From: Candidatus Doudnabacteria bacterium
GTDB lineage: Bacteria > Patescibacteriota > Doudnabacteria > UBA920
Assembly (NCBI GenBank): GCA_023245955.1
Contig: JAHFJI010000002.1
Location: 1-51,429 of the forward strand
Direction: 5' to 3'
Length of the DNA: 51,429 nucleotides
Positions 18,452 to 28,111 of this stretch are shown here, one piece after another. Below the pieces are notes generated by a model. That model had not been told where the DNA came from. It searched no databases and saw only the letters and a list, made by a program, of their open reading frames with translations. The stretch's first letter is position 1; each line of letters begins with the position of its first letter. Made by a program: the position numbers and the translations under genes.

Positions 18452-20131
18452 TCACTCTAAAACTTTTAGATGTTGCCTCCTGAGTATGGAGAGGTGTTGT
18501 TTCGGGTTTTGGTGTTTGAGTATACGGGACAAGTGTAAGCCATTCACATAGTGAGGGAGCAGAACATAATCTACTTTGTGTCGGTATAGCTCACGCGCGG
18601 CATCATTATTTTGTGCCATTATAATTAGCTTGGCGCGGAATTTTTGGTTGCGCACACTCTCTACCACAGCCAGGTTATCATGCACATCTGGCAAGGTTGA
18701 GACTATCATGCGTGCATACCTGAACCCTGCAAGTTCCTGGATGTACGGGTCACTAGCGTCTCCACAAATAACCGGTACGCCCGAACGTGCATAATACTCG
18801 GCTACCTCTGGGTTAAAGTCTACTATTACAAATTTTTCATGGGCACTAAGAAAGCTTTCTGCAAGCTCCTTGCCTGTCCGGTGTACACCCAGCAATACCA
18901 CGTGGTTCTTTAAAGTGCTCTCGTGTTGGTGTAGCTCTGCCGTACCGCCAGTTAGATCAAACCAAGATAAAGACTGCTCAAGCCAACTATATAGTTTATC
19001 CGCTTTTATAATACTGTAAGAAGACAAAGTAAAAGTAATAATCGCCACAAGAGTAATCATACTTACCACTTCTGGGTTTATAGCCCCTAGTTTAAGCCCT
19101 AAAGCTACTAGTATCAAACTGAACTCAGAAATTTGTCCTACTGTAATAGCGGTGTAAAAAGCCGTTCTAGGTTTGTAGCCAAGAAAACTGAGTATGACTA
19201 CTACTATGAAAGGATTGCCCACCAACACAAACAAAGACAAAATAATTGCCGGCACAATTGTGCTAGCAATACCAGCAAAAGATAATTGACTACCTAGGAC
19301 AATAAAGAAAATAATAATAAAGAAGTCCCGGAGACTACGGATGCGGGCCGAGATTTCGTAATGCACGCTAGAAGCCGAGAGCGAGAGGCCAGCTAAAAAC
19401 CCACCAATTTCTAAAGAGAAGCCCATAAATGGCAGTTGTACAAATGTAGCAAGTCCCAGAGCCCAGGCAAGTGAGACTACCAGCAACAGCTCATCCGACT
19501 TACCGATAGAGCGAAACAGCTTGGGAAATACATACTGGTTCAAAATTACTACACCCACAACCAGTAGCACCCCACGTAAGAACGTAAAACCCACATGACT
19601 CCACAAGGCCGTACCGGTAGCAGAAGACCCGCTAGATAGAACCATGAGCACCACTAGCGCTACTAAGTCTTGAGTTAGGAAAATTCCTACCACCAAACGA
19701 CCGTACAAGCTTTGTAAGTCTCTTTTTTCGGACAGTAACTTTACTACAATAATAGTAGAAGAAAAGGTAAGTGCAAGAGCCACATACAAAGAAGTGAGCA
19801 TAGAAAAACCAAGCAAGTGGCAAAGTAAAAAGCTGCACGCAAGAGTAATCAGTACCTGCCCAGCTCCTGCCAATACTGCTCGTCTGCCAATCTTTTTTAT
19901 CTGCGAAATATCTAGCTCTAGCCCCACCATAAATAGTAGCAGGGTAATACCTACCTGCGACATAGCGGTAAGGGCGCTACCTTCATGAAGTCTCCAATAC
20001 CCAAAAGGACCCAAAATAAGCCCGGCTAAAATGTAGGCCAGGATACTTGGTTGTTTTAAATAATTAACCAAAAGCGCGCAAGCCCCAGCCAGTACCAGCA
20101 CAACGGTTAATTCAAAGAATAAACTCTCCAT
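18452..20131 (-). CDS. CPA2 (Kef-like) cation:proton antiporter with C-terminal TrkA-N domain
   Basis: LLFMVGLELD, FSSTIIV and GQISEFS; G.HRTG...VDFNPE...GDA nucleotide-binding domain. Confidence 0.9.
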   Translation of the reverse strand: MESLFFELTVVLVLAGACALLVNYLKQPSILAYILAGLILGPFGYWRLHEGSALTAMSQVGITLLLFMVGLELDISQIKKIGRRAVLAGAGQVLITLACSFLLCHLLGFSMLTSLYVALALTFSSTIIVVKLLSEKRDLQSLYGRLVVGIFLTQDLVALVVLMVLSSGSSATGTALWSHVGFTFLRGVLLVVGVVILNQYVFPKLFRSIGKSDELLLVVSLAWALGLATFVQLPFMGFSLEIGGFLAGLSLSASSVHYEISARIRSLRDFFIIIFFIVLGSQLSFAGIASTIVPAIILSLFVLVGNPFIVVVILSFLGYKPRTAFYTAITVGQISEFSLILVALGLKLGAINPEVVSMITLVAIITFTLSSYSIIKADKLYSWLEQSLSWFDLTGGTAELHQHESTLKNHVVLLGVHRTGKELAESFLSAHEKFVIVDFNPEVAEYYARSGVPVICGDASDPYIQELAGFRYARMIVSTLPDVHDNLAVVESVRNQKFRAKLIIMAQNNDAARELYRHKVDYVLLPHYVNGLHLSRILKHQNPKQHLSILRRQHLKVLE

Positions 20132-20261
20132 TGATTATATATTTTGTTTCTGATATCTTTCGTAGTTTCGTATTTTTCGTAATTTCGTAGAAACGATATA
20201 TCCATAGTTTAACAGCTATGCGGATTTGCTCAAAGTGGAAAAGTCCTTTAAACTATAGCTA

Positions 20262-20840
20262 ATGAACACAAATGTAGACGCAATATTTTTTATAGGTAGG
20301 TCTGGTGCAGGCAAGGGCACACAAGCAAAGCTACTTGCAGAACGCATTGGCTTTTTTTATTGGGAGATGGGCGCTATCTTGCGTGCAGAGATAGCTCGTG
20401 GTACTCCTATAGGCAAAGAGATTGAGAACATAGTCAACAGTGGTTTGTACTTAGACGACCACCATATGTTTAAAGTCATTAGTAGCCACGTAGGGGAAAT
20501 TCCACCAAACACGGGAATAGTATTTGACGGTCTTCCAAGACGCATGAGTCAAGCACCTTACATTGTAGGTTTACTTCACGGCATGAACAAAAAAGAATTG
20601 GCCACTATTTTCTTAGATGTTCCCAGAGAAGACTCTGTGGGTAGATTATTGCACAGAGCGGAAATAGAGCACAGAGTGGACGACACAGGCGAGGTAATTG
20701 AACGCAGGCTTGACCAGTTTGAGCTAGAAACTATGCCGGTCTTAGATTTCCTAGAGAACATGACTAAGTTCTACCGTATAGACGGCCGTCCAAGTGTTGA
20801 AAACGTTACAGAGGCTATAAGTAAAGTTTTAGGTGTGTAA
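20262..20840 (+). CDS. adk: Adenylate kinase (short LID)
   Basis: GRSGAGKGTQ, FDGLPR and RVDD motifs; lies upstream of map. Confidence 0.85.
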   Translation: MNTNVDAIFFIGRSGAGKGTQAKLLAERIGFFYWEMGAILRAEIARGTPIGKEIENIVNSGLYLDDHHMFKVISSHVGEIPPNTGIVFDGLPRRMSQAPYIVGLLHGMNKKELATIFLDVPREDSVGRLLHRAEIEHRVDDTGEVIERRLDQFELETMPVLDFLENMTKFYRIDGRPSVENVTEAISKVLGV

Positions 20841-20843
20841 AGC

Positions 20844-21491
20844 ATGGTTCGTCTTACAAACAAAAAAGCTAGTAGTTTAAAGTTAACCCCATTAAATATT
20901 TTTCTTATGGGTGACATTGGCTCGGGTAAGGGAACCCAGTCCAACCTACTGGCTCAGAAGTTCCACTTGTATAAGATAGATATGGGGGAAGAGCAAGAAA
21001 AACAAAGAAAGCAAAATAAAAAGTTGGATAAAATTTTTAAACAAACTGTAGATGTGGGTGCCATGAATCCCACCGAAATTTACAGGCAGCTAGTGAGTAA
21101 CGCTATACAAAGAGTGCCTAGCACCCAAGGTATTGTCTTCGCTGGACATCCTAAAATGTCTAGGGAAGTACGCTTTGTAAATAAACTACTGAAAGTCCAT
21201 GGCAGACAAAACGCTATTTGTATTTATCTTTCCATTCCTTGGAAAGAAACCATAAAGCGCAACTTAGCTAGGGTCGGATATTTTGGCAATAGAAAGCGAG
21301 CCGATGATTCGCTGGCCGCTATAAACAAAAGAAAACGTTTCTCACAGGCACATCTAATAAAATCTAAACCTATTTATAAGTCTTTTTACCCATTTGTACA
21401 GATTAGTGGCTTGGGTACGGTTGCAGAAGTGCACAAACGAGTACTCAAGGTAGTAGAGAAACTAGCAAAATTGAAAATTGAAAATCAATAA
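20844..21491 (+). CDS. Divergent adenylate-kinase-like protein
   Basis: GDIGSGKGTQ and RADD present, but FAGHPK replaces DG(F/Y/L)PR. Confidence 0.75.
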   Translation: MVRLTNKKASSLKLTPLNIFLMGDIGSGKGTQSNLLAQKFHLYKIDMGEEQEKQRKQNKKLDKIFKQTVDVGAMNPTEIYRQLVSNAIQRVPSTQGIVFAGHPKMSREVRFVNKLLKVHGRQNAICIYLSIPWKETIKRNLARVGYFGNRKRADDSLAAINKRKRFSQAHLIKSKPIYKSFYPFVQISGLGTVAEVHKRVLKVVEKLAKLKIENQ

Positions 21492-21550
21492 TTGAAAATT
21501 GTCTATACTCATTCAATTATCAATTTTCAATCTGCAATTTACAATTACCC

Positions 21551-22306
21551 ATGCCCGGACAAATTAAAACACCAGAAGAGATAGAGCTGATAGCCGAAGG
21601 AGGTAAACTCCTGCGGAGTATTTTAAATGATGTAGCCAAGCTAGTAAAACCAGGTGTTACCACGAAAGACTTAAGTGACTTTGCAAATAAAGAGATCCGC
21701 AAGGTTGGCGGAGTACCCAGTTTTATCGGCTATGGCGAAAAACGCAACCCTTTTCCAGCTGCCATCTGTACTTCGGTGAACGATGTAGTAGTGCATGGCA
21801 TTCCGGGTAAAGAAGTTCTAGCGGAGGGTGATATAGTTGGGCTAGATATTGGCATGATCTACAAAAACCTGTTTACGGACACAGCTATTACCGTAGCGGT
21901 AGGTAGCGTAGATGAAAAAAAGCAAAAACTTATTAACACCACTAAAAGAGCCTTAGAGATAGGCATACAACAAGCTGTAATTGGTAACAAAACAGGGGAT
22001 ATAGGTCATGCCGTGCAAACGTTTGCCGAAAAAGAAGGTTTTTCGGTGGTAAGAGACCTAGTAGGACACGGTGTGGGGTACAGTGTTCATGAAGACCCAC
22101 AAGTGCCGAACTACGGCAAAAAGGGAACGGGCGCAAAACTTGTAGAAGGCATGGTTATTGCCATAGAACCAATGCTTTGTACAGGCACTTACCACGTCTA
22201 TTTTGAGTCAGACGGCTGGACCATTCGTACCGAGGACGGCGGACTGTCTGCTCACTTTGAGCACACTATTGCCATAACCCGCAAAGGCCCAAGAATTTTG
22301 ACTTAG
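21551..22306 (+). CDS. map: Methionine aminopeptidase type I
   Basis: CTSVNDVVVHGIP, GHGVG..HEDP, IEPM and SAHFEHT. Confidence 0.97.
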   Translation: MPGQIKTPEEIELIAEGGKLLRSILNDVAKLVKPGVTTKDLSDFANKEIRKVGGVPSFIGYGEKRNPFPAAICTSVNDVVVHGIPGKEVLAEGDIVGLDIGMIYKNLFTDTAITVAVGSVDEKKQKLINTTKRALEIGIQQAVIGNKTGDIGHAVQTFAEKEGFSVVRDLVGHGVGYSVHEDPQVPNYGKKGTGAKLVEGMVIAIEPMLCTGTYHVYFESDGWTIRTEDGGLSAHFEHTIAITRKGPRILT

Positions 22307-22556
22307 CACTTATTCCTATAAGTCATATAAGACTTATAAGTTTTATGTCGTTACAAGTTATACGGCAGCTTTGGAAATTAAATTTCAAACTACAAATAAC
22401 CAATGTCAAATAAATAACAGGCTCAAAATACAAAGTAAGAATCTTTTTTAGGGTTGTGTTTGAAATTTTAGATTTTGGACTTATTTGAGATTTTGAGATT
22501 TGATATTTGGATTTTACAAGCCTATTTATTAGCTATTTTATCCAATTATATATAGT

Positions 22557-22585
22557 TTGCCTATTGCAGTCTAGTGTGCTATAAT
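22557..22585 (+). promoter_or_regulatory. Putative extended -10 sigma70 promoter of the RRM gene
   Basis: TTGCCT-17bp-TATAAT preceded by TGn. Confidence 0.55.
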
Positions 22586-22720
22586 ATTTGCATCATCTTA
22601 AGTTACGTGACTTTGGGCATAGGTCCTCTAAACAGAGCCGAGCACAAAAGGAAAACGAGCTTTTATATTAGTATAGTCAGAGTAGTAGATGAGCTCTGGC
22701 TCTGTTAGGAAGCCAAACAA

Positions 22721-23134
22721 ATGGCAACAAAGTTATATGTCGGAAACCTCTCTTATGGAGCAACCGATCAAGCCCTCCAGGAAGCCTTTGGGCAAGCTGG
22801 AACAGTAGTCTCTGCACAAGTAGTCATCGACAAAATGACCGGCCGTTCACGCGGTTTTGGTTTTGTGGAGATGGACACTGATGCAGCAGCACAAGCAGCT
22901 ATAGAGCTCTGGAATGGTAAAGAGCTAGATGGCCGTGCAATTACCGTAAACGAAGCAAGACCACGTGAAGAGCGCCCAGCTGGCGGTCGTGGATTTGGTG
23001 GCGGTGATCGTGGCGGTCGCGGTGGTTACGGTGGCGGTCGCGGTGGAAATGATCGTGGCGGTCGCGGTGGTTACGGCAATGGTGGTGGTCACAATGACGA
23101 TAGTCAGGGTGGCGGTCGCACTTGGCAGTTCTAG
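22721..23134 (+). CDS. RRM RNA-binding protein with Gly/Arg-rich tail
   Basis: LYVGNL (RNP2), RGFGFVEM (RNP1) and RGG repeats. Confidence 0.95.
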   Translation: MATKLYVGNLSYGATDQALQEAFGQAGTVVSAQVVIDKMTGRSRGFGFVEMDTDAAAQAAIELWNGKELDGRAITVNEARPREERPAGGRGFGGGDRGGRGGYGGGRGGNDRGGRGGYGNGGGHNDDSQGGGRTWQF

Positions 23135-23150
23135 TTTTATCTAGACATTG

Positions 23151-23183
23151 GAAAGAGCTAAGCTTTACGCTTAGCTCTTTTTT
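23151..23183 (+). terminator. Intrinsic terminator
   Basis: AAAGAGCTAAGC-TTTAC-GCTTAGCTCTTTTTT. Confidence 0.75.
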
Positions 23184-23223
23184 AATTACTCATGTGATAT
23201 AATTTATGGAGTAAATTAATAGT

Positions 23224-23326
23224 GTCATTGCGAGGAGTGAGTCTGCGACCGACGTGGCAATCTAAATGTTTTATTTTTTAGAAATTAGATTGCCACGCCA
23301 TTCGAAGACTCATGGCTCGCAATGAC
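23224..23326. repeat. Full palindromic family A element
   Basis: GTCATTGCGAG...CGTGGCAATCT and AGATTGCCACG...CTCGCAATGAC. Confidence 0.8.
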
Positions 23327-23339
23327 AAGAGGAAAAAAC

Positions 23340-23714
23340 ATGCCAAACATTCAAGAAGTCTTTAACCGCATAAAAGAGACCAAACGCAAAGCCAAAGAAA
23401 TTAACCGCATGTACAAGGACGAGCTGGAAACAAATGGCGAATACCGAGAGCTATTAGAAAAACTAGAACTCCTCAAAGCCAAAAAGAAACAAATAGAAGA
23501 ACAAACCAAGCAAATGTCCGCTGGAGAATTTGCCAAGCTGGATGCTTACAAAATGCACGTAAAAACAGACTCCGAGCTACTCTCAGACCTAGCCTTTAAT
23601 AGCTTGGTAGCAGGGGAGACAGTAGCGGTAAAAGATGAAAATGAAGAAGACTACGAACCCATCTTTACCGTCCGTTTCAAAAAAGCTCATTTGGTGCAGA
23701 AAGAGAAGAAATAG
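23340..23714 (+). CDS. Coiled-coil hypothetical protein
   Basis: MPNIQEVFNRI...YEPIFTVRFKK; the track start at 23322 lies inside the repeat. Confidence 0.75.
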   Translation: MPNIQEVFNRIKETKRKAKEINRMYKDELETNGEYRELLEKLELLKAKKKQIEEQTKQMSAGEFAKLDAYKMHVKTDSELLSDLAFNSLVAGETVAVKDENEEDYEPIFTVRFKKAHLVQKEKK

Positions 23715-23957
23715 CAAATAAAATTTCAAATTACAAATATCAAATTTCAAGTAAGTTCCAAATTCAAAATCCATTAGCCTTTGTTGCTCCTTATGTTATT
23801 TTGTATTTCTGGTTTGTTGTTTATTTGTAATTTGAAATTTGATATTTTGGCTTCATTGAGTTATCCACCTTTTTGCAGATAACAAAAATAATTCATAGTA
23901 TAATAAGGTTGTGAAAACGTTATACAAATCTCTCTTTTTGAAGGGAGGTGAAGTGAA

Positions 23958-24194
23958 TTGAAATTTTTACATCAGATAGCTTTTATCCTCGTGATAATAG
24001 GTGGTCTTAACTGGCTATGTTTTGCTATCTTCGGCTGGGATGTTGGCATGCTTATAGGTGGTTCAGAAGGCATGCATGCATTACTACCTCGCATTATTTA
24101 CATCTTGGTTGGATTATCCGCCATTTGGTTAATTTTTAACCATAGGAATGAGTGCAAGTGGTGTATGCCTGGCACTAGCGCCCCAAGGTCTTAA
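23958..24194 (+). CDS. DUF378 family membrane protein
   Basis: LVIIGGLNW and IIYILVGLSA motifs; GGAGGTG SD; TTG start. Confidence 0.85.
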   Translation: MKFLHQIAFILVIIGGLNWLCFAIFGWDVGMLIGGSEGMHALLPRIIYILVGLSAIWLIFNHRNECKWCMPGTSAPRS

Positions 24195-24332
24195 TAGGCC
24201 GTTGTTATACTACAAACACCTGACTTTTCTTCCCTCCCCAAACAATGGGGAGGGCCGGGGGAGAGATTAACAGGTGTTTGTTTTTATATTCCCTATTTTT
24301 TAGATATAATAAATTTACTAGATACTTGGCTA

Positions 24333-26135
24333 ATGAATGAAAAAATAAAAAACATTAAAGAACTTATAAATAACATAGGTAGAACTATACGACTAGTTTG
24401 GAAAAATACGCCTGGCCTTGTTATTTTAATTGTAATTTTAAGTATTATTATATCTTTTGTACCTTTTACAACTTCGGGGGTACGCGCCTTTTTGATTGAT
24501 CAACTTATCGCAACTTCCTCACAAAAAACCATAACTGGTCAATTAGGCCTAGCTGTTGGCCTAACCATTGTTGCATCTTTTATTCCCAGTATCTTATACA
24601 CCCTACAAAGATATTTAGGCAAACTATTCTGGTTCCATACAGACGCACTATTTGAAATGGAGATAATCAAGAAACGGGGTGAACTCGATGTTGCCGTTTT
24701 TGAAAATCCAGAATTGAATGACTTGCTTACCAGAGTAAACGAAAACGGCGTTTGGCGACTTCAAAACTTTACAGATAGACAATTTTATCTTATCCAAGAC
24801 ATACTGCAGGTTATTATTGCCATAACCATCCTAAGTGCTTTTAACCCATGGCTAATCGTAGTGTTACTAGCGGGCACCATACCAGAATTGATAGTAGAAA
24901 TTAAATATGGCAAAGACACATGGGGTTTATACGGCTCCAAGGCCGAAACCAGAAGAAAATTTTGGAATTTAAAAGGCTATTTTGAATATAAAGAGGGAAT
25001 AGTGGAGTTACGTCTATTCCAAAACCTAAGGAACTTTCTAGATAAAATCCGAAACCTATTCCTAGATTTCCAGAACGAACAAAGGAAGCTAGAAAAGCGT
25101 AAACTCATAGCTCAAACATGCACGGCTTTATTTTCGCAGATTGCGGTTGCAGCTGTTATCTGGTGGTCCGTGTTACAAGTCATAAGCGGGCACACACTAG
25201 TGGGCGTGTTTACCTTTTTTCTTTCTTCTGTGGGAGACTTTCGTAGCGCGTTATCAAGCTTCTTCCAAAACTTAGCTCGTCAACACGAGGACAGCTTATT
25301 TGTAAGCGATATATTTAAGCTATTTGCTCTAGAGACCACTCTCCCCAAACAAGCGCTTGGACAAAAATTGCCCAATAAACAAACACCCGATGTAGTTTTT
25401 GAAAACGTAAGTTTTGCTTACCCAAAAACAAAAAAACTGGTGTTAAAGAATATTAACTTACATATACCTGCAGGCCACAAAATAGCTCTAGTTGGGATTA
25501 ATGGCTCTGGTAAAACCACACTGGTAAAGCTACTGTGTAGATTTTACGATCCCACAAGAGGGCGCATACTCATAAATGGCATAGATTTAAGAGAGCTAGA
25601 CTTAGAAAGCTGGTACAAGCAACTGGGAGTACTTTTCCAGCAATACGCACAATATAAGTTCCAGGTATCTGAAGCCATTGCACAAGGAGATTCAAATCGC
25701 AGACTATCTATTCGTGATGTTAAACTAGCCGGAGTGCTAAGTGAATCCGACACCTTTATAAACTCTTGGCCAGGTAAATACAAACAGATGCTTGGACAAG
25801 AATTTACTGGCGGCATAGACCCATCTATCGGACAATGGCAGAAACTTGCACTTGCCAGGGTATTTTATAGAAACCCAGGTATATTTGTGCTAGATGAGCC
25901 AACTGCCTCTATAGATGCAGAAGCTGAAGCGCATATATTTGAGCGACTGGAAAAAGTGTCCACCGGAAAAACTCTTATACTTATCTCTCACAGGTTTTCA
26001 ACCGTTAGGAGAGCAGACGTGATTTGCGTTATAAAAAATGGTGAAATCCACGAAATGGGCAGCCATGCAGACCTAATGGCTAAAGATCAAACTTACGCAG
26101 AGTTATTTAGGCTCCAAGCCAAGGGTTACGAATAG
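24333..26135 (+). CDS. ABC transporter, fused permease and ATPase
   Basis: N-terminal TMs; GINGSGKT, SIGQWQ, LDEPT and SHR motifs. Confidence 0.92.
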   Translation: MNEKIKNIKELINNIGRTIRLVWKNTPGLVILIVILSIIISFVPFTTSGVRAFLIDQLIATSSQKTITGQLGLAVGLTIVASFIPSILYTLQRYLGKLFWFHTDALFEMEIIKKRGELDVAVFENPELNDLLTRVNENGVWRLQNFTDRQFYLIQDILQVIIAITILSAFNPWLIVVLLAGTIPELIVEIKYGKDTWGLYGSKAETRRKFWNLKGYFEYKEGIVELRLFQNLRNFLDKIRNLFLDFQNEQRKLEKRKLIAQTCTALFSQIAVAAVIWWSVLQVISGHTLVGVFTFFLSSVGDFRSALSSFFQNLARQHEDSLFVSDIFKLFALETTLPKQALGQKLPNKQTPDVVFENVSFAYPKTKKLVLKNINLHIPAGHKIALVGINGSGKTTLVKLLCRFYDPTRGRILINGIDLRELDLESWYKQLGVLFQQYAQYKFQVSEAIAQGDSNRRLSIRDVKLAGVLSESDTFINSWPGKYKQMLGQEFTGGIDPSIGQWQKLALARVFYRNPGIFVLDEPTASIDAEAEAHIFERLEKVSTGKTLILISHRFSTVRRADVICVIKNGEIHEMGSHADLMAKDQTYAELFRLQAKGYE

Positions 26136-26307
26136 CCGCCGCATGTTCTCTTGCAAAAATGAGGGTTTTTCTTTATACTTAAACTAATAAATTACCCGAA
26201 AGGGTCTTTTCTTTGTTTTGGTCTTTTCTTATTATCCGCCTCTTCGGCTGACCCCGACCAATGTGTCGGAGCTAACCACTATCCACTAATCACTTTCCAC
26301 TGCTAAC

Positions 26308-27771
26308 ATGGCAAACGAAGTTATACTCCGCTTTAGCGACGTAACTTTTGAATACTCTATACACAAGCATCTCTTAGATGAGGCGTCTTTTTCGCTTCGG
26401 AAAGAGTCTAGAATTGCTCTTATGGGCCAGAACGGAGCTGGTAAGTCTACACTATTTAAGCTTATTACTGGAGAACTCAAGCCAACTGAAGGTTCTATAT
26501 CGCTTACGCCTAAAGATGCTAGCATAGGCGTTGCTCGCCAAGTCATACCAGCGGAAATGCTAGACATGACCGTGCAAGATTATTTTGCTACCGCCTTTAC
26601 TGAGAAAAGATATAACCTAGATAAACTAATATCTAACGTATTTGAGATAGTAAATGTAGATCTACCACTTGACCGGAAAGTGCGGGAGTTTTCTGGTGGC
26701 CAACAAGCCAGGCTCCTACTTGCTTACGCTATTATCCAAGAGCCAGACATTTTACTCTTAGACGAGCCTACCAACAACCTAGACCAGGCCGGGATAGAAC
26801 ATCTAACGGGGTTCCTCATGATGTACGAAAAGACCTGCTTAATCATTTCCCACGATGCAGACTTCCTAAACGCATTTACTGATGGCGTACTTTACCTAGA
26901 CTCTTTTACTAAAAAAGTAGAGCAGTACACGGGTAACTATTTTGACGTAGTAGAAGAGATAGGTAAGCGCATAGAGCGCGAGAACCTCCAAAACGCCCGC
27001 GCAGAGCAAGAGATAAAAAAGCTGAAGGCTCAAGCAGAACAATTTGCTCACAAAGGGGGTAAGCTTCGTGCTGTAGCCAAACGCATGCGCGACAATGCAG
27101 AAGAAGCCGAAGAATCTAAGGTAGAAGTACGCAGAGAAGACAAAACTATTCGGGAGTTTACAATACCCGTACAAGAGTTTCCAGCATTCTTCAATGGTCA
27201 AATTTTACAAATAGATTCTATTACCGCCATTAAAGATGGTGTACCAGTGACCACAGAAAGGGAAATAACTGTTCGGCGTGGTAGCCACGTGCTTATTGCA
27301 GGACCTAATGGCATTGGCAAAAGCACTTTTCTAGAAAATATTATAAACGATACAGCTAGCGGGGTAACGGTCTCCCCAGATGTAAAAGTAGGATACTACA
27401 AGCAAGACTTTTCCATGCTCAATTTTAAGGAAACGGCTTTTGACGCGCTCATGGATGCCATGCAACTAAAAGACGAGCCGCTCATGCGTTCTATTGCCGC
27501 AGGCTTCTTGCTAGACGGTAAAGCCTTAAGCACGGAGATAGGCGCACTATCGGAAGGCCAAAAAGGACTCTTGGCTTTTGGCAGACTGGTTATAATGAAG
27601 CCAGGGTTACTAGTATTAGACGAACCAACCAACCACATTAACTTTAGGCACTTACCAGTGATTGCCGAAGCGCTAGACCAGTACGAAGGTGCCATCCTCA
27701 TGGTCTCTCACATTCCGGACTTTGTCTCCAAAATCCGCATGGACGAAATAATAGATTTAAGCACTATCTAA
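26308..27771 (+). CDS. ABC-F family ATPase
   Basis: Two ABC domains (GQNGAGKST, GPNGIGKST, LDEPTN twice), a coiled-coil linker and no TM. Confidence 0.92.
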   Translation: MANEVILRFSDVTFEYSIHKHLLDEASFSLRKESRIALMGQNGAGKSTLFKLITGELKPTEGSISLTPKDASIGVARQVIPAEMLDMTVQDYFATAFTEKRYNLDKLISNVFEIVNVDLPLDRKVREFSGGQQARLLLAYAIIQEPDILLLDEPTNNLDQAGIEHLTGFLMMYEKTCLIISHDADFLNAFTDGVLYLDSFTKKVEQYTGNYFDVVEEIGKRIERENLQNARAEQEIKKLKAQAEQFAHKGGKLRAVAKRMRDNAEEAEESKVEVRREDKTIREFTIPVQEFPAFFNGQILQIDSITAIKDGVPVTTEREITVRRGSHVLIAGPNGIGKSTFLENIINDTASGVTVSPDVKVGYYKQDFSMLNFKETAFDALMDAMQLKDEPLMRSIAAGFLLDGKALSTEIGALSEGQKGLLAFGRLVIMKPGLLVLDEPTNHINFRHLPVIAEALDQYEGAILMVSHIPDFVSKIRMDEIIDLSTI

Positions 27772-27806
27772 AATAGTGTATACTGGGTGCAAGGAGGAAT
27801 CGCATC

Positions 27807-27995
27807 ATGGAAATCAAGCAATGGATTGAGAGTGGCAACATAAAGATACGCAAATTTCCCGAAACGCCGGAAGGGCAAAAACAGCTCCAAGCGGAGTTGG
27901 CTAAGGCCGCAATAGAAATAGAAGAAATGATTCGCGAGCTGGAAGAAAGCAAGCGAACCACCCACGAAACCATGCAGATCCAATTTGATATTTGA
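27807..27995 (+). CDS. Small hypothetical protein (62 aa)
   Basis: Strong AGGAGG SD upstream of the ATG. Confidence 0.55.
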   Translation: MEIKQWIESGNIKIRKFPETPEGQKQLQAELAKAAIEIEEMIRELEESKRTTHETMQIQFDI

Positions 27996-28111
27996 GCTGT
28001 AAGACACAAGAAACGTTGAGGGAGGCAATTAGCTTCCCATTTTTTATGGTATAATAGGGTATACGTTAGTACAAGTAGGCATTTAAGCATGCAAACATTT
28101 AAATATAGAAC

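Noticed and set aside
22980..23120. GGT/GGC repeats as a DNA repeat element
   Set aside because: They are explained by the Gly/Arg-rich tail of the RRM protein.
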